From NCBI GenBank assembly GCA_031423035.1, contig JANPES010000268.1:1-55567 (forward strand): 55,567 nt of DNA. Reading direction: 5' to 3'. The translations under genes were made by a program, and so were the position numbers. The number at the start of each line of letters is the position of its first letter. Within the stretch, counting starts at the first letter, position 1. This DNA comes from Cyclobacteriaceae bacterium (GTDB taxonomy: Bacteria; Bacteroidota; Bacteroidia; Cytophagales; Cyclobacteriaceae). Below, piece by piece: positions 9,333 to 18,345 of the stretch. The notes under the pieces are model-generated. The model did no database searches. It had not been told where the DNA came from and saw only the letters and a list, made by a program, of their open reading frames with translations.

Positions 9333-9357
9333 ATTAACGGATACCGATAGCCCTCCC

Positions 9358-10545
9358 GTGAGCCCCCTCTCCCCGCAAGTCTACACCCGCCAATTCTGGC
9401 TACTCTGCATGAGTTCCATGCTCTTTTTCGCGAGTTTCAACATGATTGTGCCCGAACTGCCTTCGTTTCTCTCGTCGCTGGGAGGAGGGGAGCACAAGGG
9501 GCTGATCATCGCACTTTTCACAGTTACCGCCCTGATCTCGCGACCCTTCAGCGGGAAACTGGCCGACCGGATTGGGCGCAAGCCTGTGATCATGCTCGGT
9601 TCGCTGGTATGCTTTGCATGCAGCATGATGTACCCATGGCTCACGACGGTCTTCGGGTTTTTGTTCTTACGGCTTCTTCATGGTTTTTCTACCGGATTTA
9701 CCCCGACTGGCCAGACCGCGTACCTCGGCGACATTATTCCTGCGGCACGGAGAGGCGAGGCGATGGGGTACCTGGGAACGGCCGGAACTCTTGGGATGGC
9801 GGGTGGCCCGGCTCTCGGCGGATGGTTATCCTCTCTCTATTCCCTGGACGTAATGTTTTATTGCTCCTCGGGGTTTGCCATCCTCTCTTCGGTGATTGTG
9901 TTTACGATTAAAGAGACCATGACCGAGAAGCATCCGATTTCCTGGAAGTTGTTAAAAATCGAAAAGAAGGATCTCTTTGAACCCCGCGTCCTCGCGCCGT
10001 GCATTGTCATGGGGCTGTGTGCCTACGCTTATGGAAACCTCTTCACCATCATGCCTGACTTTGGTACGAACATGGGCATTGAGAACAAAGGACTCTTGTT
10101 CACTTACTTCACGGTTGCCTCCTTCTTGATTCGACTCCTGGCGGGCCGTGCCTCTGACCGCATTGGTCGCGTGACCGTATTGCGGATCGCCACAGCGTTT
10201 ATGGCGATGGCTGTGTTGGCGATTGGCCTGTCGGACAGCAAGACGATGTTGATCATCGGCGCATTTATGTACGGCCTGGCCCAGGGCGCCACCTCACCGA
10301 CGCTTCTCGCCTGGGCTGCCGACCTCAGCGACCCGGAACACAAAGGCCGCGGCGTAGCATCTCTGTACATCTTCATGGAATTCGGAATCGGTGTTGGCGC
10401 GTTTCTCTCTGGCCTGATCTACGGCGACAAGAGCTCGATGATCTTCGTAACATTCCTCATCAGCAGCATCCTCAGTGGGGTAGCATTTTTGTATTTGCTT
10501 TGGTTGCGTCGAAGTGCGGTAGAGCCTATGCTTGCGCACGGGTAG
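9358..10545 (+). CDS. MFS transporter
   Basis: Motif A in both halves (GKLADRIGRK, GRASDRIGR) and about 12 hydrophobic segments. Confidence 0.93.
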   Translation: MSPLSPQVYTRQFWLLCMSSMLFFASFNMIVPELPSFLSSLGGGEHKGLIIALFTVTALISRPFSGKLADRIGRKPVIMLGSLVCFACSMMYPWLTTVFGFLFLRLLHGFSTGFTPTGQTAYLGDIIPAARRGEAMGYLGTAGTLGMAGGPALGGWLSSLYSLDVMFYCSSGFAILSSVIVFTIKETMTEKHPISWKLLKIEKKDLFEPRVLAPCIVMGLCAYAYGNLFTIMPDFGTNMGIENKGLLFTYFTVASFLIRLLAGRASDRIGRVTVLRIATAFMAMAVLAIGLSDSKTMLIIGAFMYGLAQGATSPTLLAWAADLSDPEHKGRGVASLYIFMEFGIGVGAFLSGLIYGDKSSMIFVTFLISSILSGVAFLYLLWLRRSAVEPMLAHG

Positions 10546-10634
10546 CAAGTTGCCAGTTACCGTTTCCAGGTGCTTCGAAAGTTGACTCTTTTTATCGGCA
10601 ATCAGACAACCGGTTACCTGGCAACCGGTAACTG
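10543..10634. repeat. Imperfect inverted repeat built of heptamer units
   Basis: cagttaccgtttccaggt (10554-10571) against acctggcaaccggtaactg (10616-10634). Flanking units include ttgccag, caaccgg and taactga. Confidence 0.75.
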
Positions 10635-10681
10635 ATTCAGCCGGCTTTGTTATATTTAGGGAGTTGTTTTACCTGACCTCC

Positions 10682-11359
10682 ATGAAGCGTACCAACTTGT
10701 TTCTCATTCTCTTTGCGGTTGTAAGCATTTGCGAGTTGCTCGCTGTTTCACGCGGATGGACGGAGGTGCAACTGGTAGCCAAGCCGTTGATCATGCTCAC
10801 GCTGATCGGCTACTACATGTCGGCGACATCCTCCAGCAATGGCACCTTGATCCGTGCTATGTTTTTTTGCTGGACGGGTGATATTTTGCTGATGGGGCAG
10901 GATGGAGGGGAGTTGTATTTCATCCTCGGGTTGCTCGCCTTTCTCGTGGGCCATGTCCTTTACATTATTGCCTACCGTCAGCTGCAGTGGGAAGATAAAT
11001 CCAACGAACTATTGCCCACACAGAAACTGCGCTATGCGTTTCCGGTAGTGCTGGCCGGCACCGGACTCCTGGTGGTGCTGATTCCACGACTGGAGCACCT
11101 TACCATTCCGGTGATTGTGTACGCTTTGGTACTTATGCTTATGGCGATGGCGGCCATCTTCCGCTACGGACGAACTTATGTAGATAGTTTTTGGTTCATC
11201 ACCGCCGGAGCGATCCTCTTCATGGCCTCCGATTCTATCCTAGCGATTAATAAATTTCACACCTCTTTTGCTTTCGCTGGACCCTTGATCATGCTTACCT
11301 ACATCCTCGCGCAGTATTTGATTGTGGAAGGGGTGCTTAGGCATGGGAGCAAGGGGTGA
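10682..11359 (+). CDS. Lysoplasmalogenase (YhhN family)
   Basis: KP, GDILL, F.LGL.AFLVGH.Y, GAILFMASDSILA and TYILAQ motifs. Confidence 0.9.
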   Translation: MKRTNLFLILFAVVSICELLAVSRGWTEVQLVAKPLIMLTLIGYYMSATSSSNGTLIRAMFFCWTGDILLMGQDGGELYFILGLLAFLVGHVLYIIAYRQLQWEDKSNELLPTQKLRYAFPVVLAGTGLLVVLIPRLEHLTIPVIVYALVLMLMAMAAIFRYGRTYVDSFWFITAGAILFMASDSILAINKFHTSFAFAGPLIMLTYILAQYLIVEGVLRHGSKG

Positions 11360-11398
11360 GTGAGGCGCTGGGGAATTGTCCCGTCCAGGGATCCGGAG

Positions 11399-11560
11399 AA
11401 TCCAATAATAAATATCCAATATCAAAGTGAAGAGATCTCTGACGGGGGAAATGGATATGGAGGAAGAGGGAAAGGGAATACTGAATATTGATTATAGAAT
11501 GTTGGAGTTTGAGGTTCACCATTCAGCATTCACTGTTCAGTATTTAATATTCAGTATTCA
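11399..11560. repeat. Heptamer arrays with a long hairpin between convergent genes
   Basis: Array aatccaa taataaa tatccaa tatcaaa (11399-11426). Perfect 14-bp inverted repeat gaatactgaatatt (11476-11489) / aatattcagtattc (11546-11559), extending inward with G-U pairs. Confidence 0.85.
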
Positions 11561-11561
11561 G

Positions 11562-12374
11562 CTACCGTTTCCTAATATTCCCGCTTCCCGAAGCGTGACT
11601 ATTTACCCGCTTCGGGTCGCCCGTGTAGGTAATGTTCCCACTTCCGGTGATGCTCGCGTCCAGATCTTCTTTCACATTGATCTCCACGTCCCCAGAGCCT
11701 GAGATGCGCACAGCACACTTATCCGTGGAAAGATTTCCCGCCATCACTTTCCCTGATCCGCTGATGCCGGCTTTCACTTCCCTTGCAGTGCCTGACGCAA
11801 CGATTTTACCAGATCCTGAAATACCAAGATCTGCCATGCCCTGTATCGTAGCGGTCATATTGACTTTCCCTGATCCACTCACGTCGCTGTCAAAGTTGTT
11901 GCATGACCCTTTGATGTTCATATCTCCTGAGCCGGAGACATCCGCCTCAACGTTTCCAGATGCAACAAATTCCAATTGAAGGGAGCCCGATCCACTTACA
12001 TTCAAGTTGAGGTTCCCGGCTGTAATCTTGTCGCTTGCGATTAGGTTTCCGGAACCACTTACACTGACGCCTTCAAGCGTTGGGACGGTAACATATACTT
12101 TGATGTTGTCCTTTTCACCCCAGTTCCAGTTCATCCATCGTCCTTCTTTTCCAATGACAAGCCGATCGCCATCCACTTCTGTTTCTATTTCGCGAAGGAC
12201 ATCAGCTGGTCCTTCCAATTCTACTTTCTGAGGACTGCCTTGCTTCAGGTACAGGGTGCCGGGCACACGGTAAGAGAGTTTGGTAAACGATGCAACGCTG
12301 CGTGTTTCGCGGTTTTGGGCCAGCAAGAGTGTGGTGGCCATCAAAAACAGGGCGGAAAGAGCTAGTTTTTTCAT
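11562..12374 (-). CDS. Head GIN domain / DUF2807 auto-adhesin-like protein
   Basis: Signal peptide and about eight (V/I)SGSG repeats. Confidence 0.9.
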   Translation of the reverse strand: MKKLALSALFLMATTLLLAQNRETRSVASFTKLSYRVPGTLYLKQGSPQKVELEGPADVLREIETEVDGDRLVIGKEGRWMNWNWGEKDNIKVYVTVPTLEGVSVSGSGNLIASDKITAGNLNLNVSGSGSLQLEFVASGNVEADVSGSGDMNIKGSCNNFDSDVSGSGKVNMTATIQGMADLGISGSGKIVASGTAREVKAGISGSGKVMAGNLSTDKCAVRISGSGDVEINVKEDLDASITGSGNITYTGDPKRVNSHASGSGNIRKR

Positions 12375-12477
12375 AGGAGTGGAGTTTACAGACTAAAGGA
12401 CGTGCCGACTGCCGAAAGGTTGCTTGGCGTCAAGCGAATCTTTTCCTTTGGACGCCACCGAACAATATTCGGGTTAC

Positions 12478-13092
12478 ATGACGGTCTTTTCCTACACCAC
12501 CATTCAGACGCCCAGCGCGGGTATTTACAAAGAAAAGGGAAGCAAGTTTCTGGCCTTTGCGTACCCGGTAACCACCGAAGAGGAAATCAAGAATCAGCTC
12601 AAAACATTGAAAAAAAAATACTTTGACGCGAGCCACCACGGCTATGCCTACATCCTTGGCCCCGCCCAGGAAAGGTACCGCGCCTTCGACGACGGCGAAC
12701 CGAACCACTCTACCGGCGACCCCATCCTGGGCCAAATTCGCTCCCGCAAACTCACAGATGTGCTCGTTGTTGTTGTCCGGTATTTTGGAGGCACGCAACT
12801 TGGAATCGGAGGGCTAATCGCCGCCTACCGGGCCTCAGCGGATGCGGCATTGTCTGGCGCCGCAGTCATTGAAAAGGAAGTAAAGGTCACACTGAAGATC
12901 AACTTTGAATTCTCCGCTACACAGGAAGTAATGAAAATGATCAAGGAATTCGGAATCAAGATTCTGGATCAGGAATTTGGTGAGAAGAGCCACATGCGGT
13001 TGGAAGTAAGTCTGCGACGCGAAGCGGATCTACTCAAAAAAATTGATCTCCTTCGGGCCCGAGGGTCAGCCTTGGGAATCGGGAAGGATTAA
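12478..13092 (+). CDS. yigZ: YigZ/IMPACT family protein
   Basis: KGSKFLAFA, DDGEP..TG.PIL and VVRYFGG..LG.GGL..AY motifs. ATG 12478. Confidence 0.92.
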   Translation: MTVFSYTTIQTPSAGIYKEKGSKFLAFAYPVTTEEEIKNQLKTLKKKYFDASHHGYAYILGPAQERYRAFDDGEPNHSTGDPILGQIRSRKLTDVLVVVVRYFGGTQLGIGGLIAAYRASADAALSGAAVIEKEVKVTLKINFEFSATQEVMKMIKEFGIKILDQEFGEKSHMRLEVSLRREADLLKKIDLLRARGSALGIGKD

Positions 13093-13147
13093 GAATCAAT
13101 GGAACCGGGGAATAAAAATCGTATCTTCCATATCCCAAATCCATACT

Positions 13148-15016
13148 ATGAAACGCATCCCTCTTTTTCTCGCAATGTCATTTATTTATTTGTCCGTTTA
13201 CGGGCAGAACGACACCCTTACCTATATCCGCAAACAGCACATGATTCCAATGCGGGATGGCGTAAAACTAAACACGCATGTCTACACCCCGGTTGGAACA
13301 GTAGAGCCATTGCCAATCCTCTTGCTTAGAACGCCCTATGGAATAAAGAGCACGCCACACTTGAATACGTTTCAGTACTTTAAGGATATGGCCAAAGCGG
13401 GATACATTTTTGTTTTCCAGGATATCCGCGGGCGCTATGGTTCGGAGGGCACCTTTGAAATGCAACGATTCACGCGTGACAAGAAGAACCCGAAAGCGAT
13501 CGATGAAAGCACAGATACATATGATGCCATCGAATGGCTTCTGAAGAATGCCCCAAACAACAATGGTAAAGTGGGAATGTTCGGTATTTCTTATAGCGGG
13601 TGGACGACCATGATGGGAACAATTGATCCCCACCCGGCACTCAAAGCCGTCTCAGAGCAGGCTACGCCTTCAGACATGTGGATGGGGGATGACTTTCATC
13701 ACAACGGCGCCTTTCGCTTAAGCTATGGTTTTGAATACGCCTATATGGAAGAGGCAACGAAAGAGGACGCGGATTTTCCGTTTGACATTTATGATACATA
13801 CGACTGGTATTTGAAACTAGGGCCACTTACCAATGTGAATGAGAAGCATTTTCACGGGAAAATTCCAACATGGAATGATTTTGTCAAACACCCCGACTAC
13901 GATGAATTCTGGAAGAAACAGTCCTTGCCGTATAGACTAAGCGCTCCAACAGTGCCTAACCTTCACGTAGCTGGATTCTGGGATCAGGAAGATTTCTATG
14001 GACCGTTGAAAGCCTATGAGGTCCTCGAGAAAAAGGATAGCCGCAATCAGAATCACATTGTCATTGGTCCATGGAATCATGGTGGCTGGGCCAGATCAAA
14101 AGGAGATCGGCTCGGCAACATTAATTTTGGGGTACCTACCAGCGAGCAGTTCTGCAGAGATATTCAGGCTGCGTGGTTTGCCTATTACCTTAAGGGTAAA
14201 GTGACACCACCAAAGCCCGAATCAGCGCCATTTGTTCTGCAAGAAAACCCAGGTGGAAAATTTCCTGAGGCCTTTGCTTTTCAAACGGGCTCCAACACAT
14301 GGCAGTCGTATGCGAATTGGCCACCCACATCGCAAACCACTTCGCAGCGCTTGTATCTGCAGGCAAATGGAAAACTTGCCTTCACTCCTCCGGCAGGAGA
14401 TGCTGGATTTGATTCGTATTTGTCCGATCCTGCTCATCCGGTCCCCTATCGCCAGCGCCCGATCGAAGCCACTTATAGTGAGGGCTCACGTTGGTATACC
14501 TGGCTCACGGAAGATCAGCGGTTTGTTCACAATCGGCCAGATGTGCTGAGTTGGGAAACGGATGTTCTGCTTTCGGATGTAACGGTGACGGGCAATGTTC
14601 TTGCAACGCTTTATGCGGCCACCACGGGCACCGACAGCGATTGGATTGTCAAGTTCATAGATGTCTATCCGGCGATGTATCCGGAGGATCCTAAGATGGG
14701 CGGCTATCAGCTGATGATTGCAAATGATGTATTCCGGGGTCGGTATCATAATAGCTTTGAAAAACCGGAGGCCATTGTCCCCAATGCGGTTAATCGATAC
14801 GCCGTTGATCTGCATGCAGTTAATCACGTCTTCAAAAAGGGCCACAAGATCATGATTCAAATACAAAGCACATGGTTTCCGATCATTGACCGCAATCCGC
14901 AGAAATTTGTTCCCAATATCTTTGAAGCAACCGAGGCCGATTTTCAACCTGTGATTCAACAGATACATCGATCGATATCATTTCCAACTCATCTTGTCTT
15001 GCCCATTCAGAAGTGA
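13148..15016 (+). CDS. CocE/NonD family hydrolase (alpha-amino acid ester hydrolase / glutaryl-7-ACA acylase-like), secreted
   Basis: Signal peptide, MRDGVKL, RTPY, QDIRGRYGSEG, GISYSG nucleophile, WMGDDFHHNGAFRL and GPWNHG. Confidence 0.93.
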   Translation: MKRIPLFLAMSFIYLSVYGQNDTLTYIRKQHMIPMRDGVKLNTHVYTPVGTVEPLPILLLRTPYGIKSTPHLNTFQYFKDMAKAGYIFVFQDIRGRYGSEGTFEMQRFTRDKKNPKAIDESTDTYDAIEWLLKNAPNNNGKVGMFGISYSGWTTMMGTIDPHPALKAVSEQATPSDMWMGDDFHHNGAFRLSYGFEYAYMEEATKEDADFPFDIYDTYDWYLKLGPLTNVNEKHFHGKIPTWNDFVKHPDYDEFWKKQSLPYRLSAPTVPNLHVAGFWDQEDFYGPLKAYEVLEKKDSRNQNHIVIGPWNHGGWARSKGDRLGNINFGVPTSEQFCRDIQAAWFAYYLKGKVTPPKPESAPFVLQENPGGKFPEAFAFQTGSNTWQSYANWPPTSQTTSQRLYLQANGKLAFTPPAGDAGFDSYLSDPAHPVPYRQRPIEATYSEGSRWYTWLTEDQRFVHNRPDVLSWETDVLLSDVTVTGNVLATLYAATTGTDSDWIVKFIDVYPAMYPEDPKMGGYQLMIANDVFRGRYHNSFEKPEAIVPNAVNRYAVDLHAVNHVFKKGHKIMIQIQSTWFPIIDRNPQKFVPNIFEATEADFQPVIQQIHRSISFPTHLVLPIQK

Positions 15017-15117
15017 ATGGACACTGCAACTGCCCGCGCCACGCTTTTGAGCAAGTCCAAGAATCAAGTTGGGGAGGAAAGGGGTAATCATTACTTTGTG
15101 GTTGATTCCAATTTATT

Positions 15118-16344
15118 GTGAAGAGAGATCCGGCCCTGATATTCATTTTCATCACGTTGCTCATTGATGTCACAGGATTCGGCATTATTATCCCGGTAAT
15201 GCCCAAACTGGTCATGTCGCTGATTGGTGAGGGCGCGACGTTGAGTCAGGCTGCCACGTACGGAGGGTGGCTGATCTCGTCTTACGCAGTTACGCAGTTT
15301 TTCTGCGCACCCATCGTTGGCGGTCTCAGCGATCGGTTTGGGCGGCGGCCCGTTCTTCTCGGTTCCTTGTTTGGCTTTGGAATCGACTACCTATTCCTTG
15401 TCTTTGCGCCATCCATTGGCTGGTTATTCGTTGGGCGCATTGTGGCAGGTGCTATGGGTGCCAGTTTCACCACGGCAGGCGCATACATTGCCGACATCAG
15501 CACGCCGGAGAATAGGGCGCAAAACTTTGGTGTTATTGGCGCCGCATTCGGTCTCGGTTTTATTATTGGCCCCATGATCGGCGGACTCCTGGGTGATTTC
15601 GGAGCGCGTGTACCGTTTATGGTAGCAGGCGGACTTACGTTGCTTAACTGGCTTTATGGATTCTTCATTCTCCCGGAATCACTCAAACCAGAAAATCGAA
15701 GGCCATTTGAATGGAAACGGGCTAACCCTGTTGGCACGCTTGTAAGCCTGTGGAAGTATCCCGTCATTGCCGGAATGCTCATCGCACTCTCATTTGTTTA
15801 TATCTCTGCGCACGCAGTGCAAAGCAACTGGTCGTACTATACCATTGAAAAATTCAAGTGGACTCCCACCAACATCGGAATCTCCTTAGCCGTTATCGGA
15901 TTTGCGTTTGCCCTGGTGCAGGGAGTTCTTATCCGCAGAATCATTCCGAAACTGGGGCAGGAGAGAAGCGTCTATTTTGGCCTCGGATTCTATTCACTGG
16001 GATTCCTCTTATTCGCGTTCTCCACCGAAGGATGGATGATGTACGCGTTCACATTGGTCTATTGCCTTGGAGGAATCGCCGGGCCTGCGATGCAGGGCGT
16101 TATGTCGGGTGTGGTGCCTCCCAATGCCCAGGGGGAGTTGCAGGGAGGATTCACCAGCCTCATGAGCCTTACATCCATCTTCGGACCGCTACTGATGAAC
16201 AACTTGTTTGCCTTTTTCTCTAAACCAGGAGCCCCAGTATATTTTCCGGGTGCTGCGATGCTTCTGGGTGCTGTGTTAACGTTGATTAGCGTGATTCTCG
16301 CACGGAGAACGCTGAAGGCCAATCTCAGGGCGGGAGCAACATAA
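15118..16344 (+). CDS. TCR/Tet-family MFS drug:H+ antiporter
   Basis: Motif [15 protein letters not shown], antiporter motif [21 protein letters not shown] and QGELQG. Confidence 0.92.
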   Translation: MKRDPALIFIFITLLIDVTGFGIIIPVMPKLVMSLIGEGATLSQAATYGGWLISSYAVTQFFCAPIVGGLSDRFGRRPVLLGSLFGFGIDYLFLVFAPSIGWLFVGRIVAGAMGASFTTAGAYIADISTPENRAQNFGVIGAAFGLGFIIGPMIGGLLGDFGARVPFMVAGGLTLLNWLYGFFILPESLKPENRRPFEWKRANPVGTLVSLWKYPVIAGMLIALSFVYISAHAVQSNWSYYTIEKFKWTPTNIGISLAVIGFAFALVQGVLIRRIIPKLGQERSVYFGLGFYSLGFLLFAFSTEGWMMYAFTLVYCLGGIAGPAMQGVMSGVVPPNAQGELQGGFTSLMSLTSIFGPLLMNNLFAFFSKPGAPVYFPGAAMLLGAVLTLISVILARRTLKANLRAGAT

Positions 16345-16352
16345 TATCGGGG

Positions 16353-16530
16353 TATCCAATATCCAACACTGAATATCCAATATCGAAGTTTGGAGACTCC
16401 CACTTGGATGTTGGGTGTTCGTTATTGGATGTTGGGCATTTATGATTCGATTTGGTTTGCTGTGCGATTCAAAGTCAAAGAAACATTCAATATCCAACAC
16501 TGAATATCCAACATCGAAGTTTGGAGACTC
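16353..16530. repeat. Composite repeat: 43-bp direct repeats (16357-16399, 16488-16530) flanking a complementary heptamer arm (16404-16440)
   Basis: caatatccaacactgaatatccaa(t/c)atcgaagtttggagactc occurs twice with one mismatch. The middle arm is ttggatg ttgggtg ttcgtta ttggatg ttgggca. Confidence 0.92.
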
Positions 16531-16547
16531 TCTTTCAAATACTCAGA

Positions 16548-17153
16548 TCACGGTGTTTCATCCCACATCAGCGGAACCCTGATGGCTTCATAAATCTGCA
16601 AACACACCCATGCATCGGTCGCCGCGTAGGTCACCTGCTTTGCGTCGAGTTGTGGTGCTTCCCAATTACTGGTTTGCGCACTTTTAGAGATTCTGTATCC
16701 GAGTACGAGGGCAGTCAGTTTTTTTACCCCCTCAACTGCAAATCCGGCCGCTTTTGTCAGTGTTGTTAGTTCAACAAATCCATCAGGGTCAAACTTTTTG
16801 AGCAACTGCAACGCTTTGATATCATCGCGGATAGCGACACCTATCTTGAGAATTTTTGGGTTTGACAGGAACGCAATCATCTCGTGGGTCAGGCCCGTAG
16901 CATTGAGACGAAAGAGGTAGACTTTGGTTGGCGTAGCGATTTGGAGAATAGCTACTTTGTTATGATGCCCCCGCACAAAAACGGGTTTTGTTTCGGTGTC
17001 AAAGCCGACACGGTCGTAGGCACCGATTTCATGGAATGCCGCAGGAACTTTTTCCGGATCAGAAACAACGACTACATCGCCGTCATAGGCCCCCAGAGGG
17101 AGCTCGTTGACTTCCTCATTGGAAATGGTTCGTGCAGGATCTTCTGCGTTCAT
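16548..17153 (-). CDS. 3'-5' exonuclease (DEDDy, RNase D/WRN-like)
   Basis: VGFDTETKP, KIGVAI.DD, SNWE..L...Q..YAATDAW. Confidence 0.92.
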   Translation of the reverse strand: MNAEDPARTISNEEVNELPLGAYDGDVVVVSDPEKVPAAFHEIGAYDRVGFDTETKPVFVRGHHNKVAILQIATPTKVYLFRLNATGLTHEMIAFLSNPKILKIGVAIRDDIKALQLLKKFDPDGFVELTTLTKAAGFAVEGVKKLTALVLGYRISKSAQTSNWEAPQLDAKQVTYAATDAWVCLQIYEAIRVPLMWDETP

Positions 17154-18271
17154 GCATCAGTAACCTTCACCTCGTAGTGAACGCCACGGTCCTTTAGGTA
17201 GTTGATTATGAACTGAAAATGGTCACCCAAGTACTCGGGAGGAGAAATGCCTTTGCGGGAATAGCTGCCATCCAGCACAAGGTGTGCGGCAGCGGTACAT
17301 GTGTATCCGGTAGTACGTGCCATAGAAAGCGTTCCGGTTTTGTCGGTTCGGTCTAACAGATTGTATTCGTAAGTTAAAGACTTCCCGGCCTCTTCACCAG
17401 TCATGCGGATTCGCATCACCGTGAACTCTTCTTCGCCGGGTTTCAGCTTCCATTTAGGGAAGAGTAGTTTGGCGGTCAGGTCAATGGGCCGGATTTTCAT
17501 TCCTTTCACATCGACTTCATCATAGGAGAAGAACCCGGATTCACGAAGTACCCGCAGATACTCGATGCAACCCGGGTACCGCAAGGTCTTTTCGATCATG
17601 TTTGGAATATGGCTCATGGTTTTGATCAGCGAGCGTAGCCCATCCGAATTCCAGGATTCCAGAGTCCCCACTTTTGGGAAAGTTACAAGCTCGGGGTCAG
17701 AGAGGGCCTCCTGGGTCACGATGGCGCCGTTTCTAAAGTACCGTGCCGGGCGGATGTATTCTTCGATGACGTCAATGGGTGAAAACACCGCCATGTATTC
17801 GTAGGGCCAGATGCGCACCAGGGGCAAGCCGCCCACCAGGCATTCATAATGGCTGATCTTCATCTTTTTATCATGGTAGCCAAGGATCACGTTGGCCATG
17901 CCCGGAGCCACTCCGCAGTCCGTGACAATGGTCACCTTATTGGCGATCGCCAACTCGTCCAGGGCAAGAGGATCTTCCAAAAAGAACGAAATGTCCACCA
18001 TGCTCTTGCCAGCTTCGATGACTCTCTTTACGGTTTCAAAACCCATAAATCCGGGCACTGCACCAACGACCAGGTCGGCAGGAGCGATCGCGGTTCGGAG
18101 GACATCGGCATCTGCGAGGTCCGCTTTTTGAGTGGCTATGCCTGCGTTTTTCAATTCCGCCAATGCCCCTTCATTTATGTCAACGGACGTGACGTCAAAT
18201 GATTTTGCCAGGTCAATGGCCATGGCTTTGCCCACCAACCCAGCACCCAGAACAACAACTTTCTTCTTCAT
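17150..18271 (-). CDS. Saccharopine dehydrogenase / lysine 6-dehydrogenase family oxidoreductase
   Basis: GAGLVG Rossmann motif, DCGVAPG, EKTLRYPG and MARTTG. Confidence 0.88.
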   Translation of the reverse strand: MKKKVVVLGAGLVGKAMAIDLAKSFDVTSVDINEGALAELKNAGIATQKADLADADVLRTAIAPADLVVGAVPGFMGFETVKRVIEAGKSMVDISFFLEDPLALDELAIANKVTIVTDCGVAPGMANVILGYHDKKMKISHYECLVGGLPLVRIWPYEYMAVFSPIDVIEEYIRPARYFRNGAIVTQEALSDPELVTFPKVGTLESWNSDGLRSLIKTMSHIPNMIEKTLRYPGCIEYLRVLRESGFFSYDEVDVKGMKIRPIDLTAKLLFPKWKLKPGEEEFTVMRIRMTGEEAGKSLTYEYNLLDRTDKTGTLSMARTTGYTCTAAAHLVLDGSYSRKGISPPEYLGDHFQFIINYLKDRGVHYEVKVTDA

Positions 18272-18345
18272 ACAACAGTGGAAAATTTACTTACCTTCAA
18301 CATCCTAACGCTAACTTGCCATAACCTTAACACGTCCTTACGTCC

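Noticed and set aside
11444-11476. G-quadruplex in the purine tract
   Set aside because: Only three runs of three or more G with irregular spacing; weak support.
11240-11702. Short ORFs across the 11.4-kb repeat region (and likewise 16276-16769)
   Set aside because: Low-complexity translations of heptamer arrays (IQYSIFNIQ-like) with no independent coding evidence.
11600-12070. Nucleotide-level repeats inside the GIN-domain gene
   Set aside because: They simply encode the SGSG protein repeats.
13043-13147. N-terminal extension of the CocE/NonD hydrolase overlapping yigZ
   Set aside because: The signal peptide starts at ATG 13148; the upstream TTG frame is incidental.
15118-16344. Acquired tetracycline resistance gene tetA
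   Set aside because: Family motifs only, with no tetR or mobile context. Resistance cannot be inferred from sequence alone.
16357-16530. Possible mini CRISPR array (two 43-bp direct repeats)
   Set aside because: Only two copies, an 88-bp spacer that is partly complementary to the repeat, internal heptamer periodicity, and no cas genes in the window.
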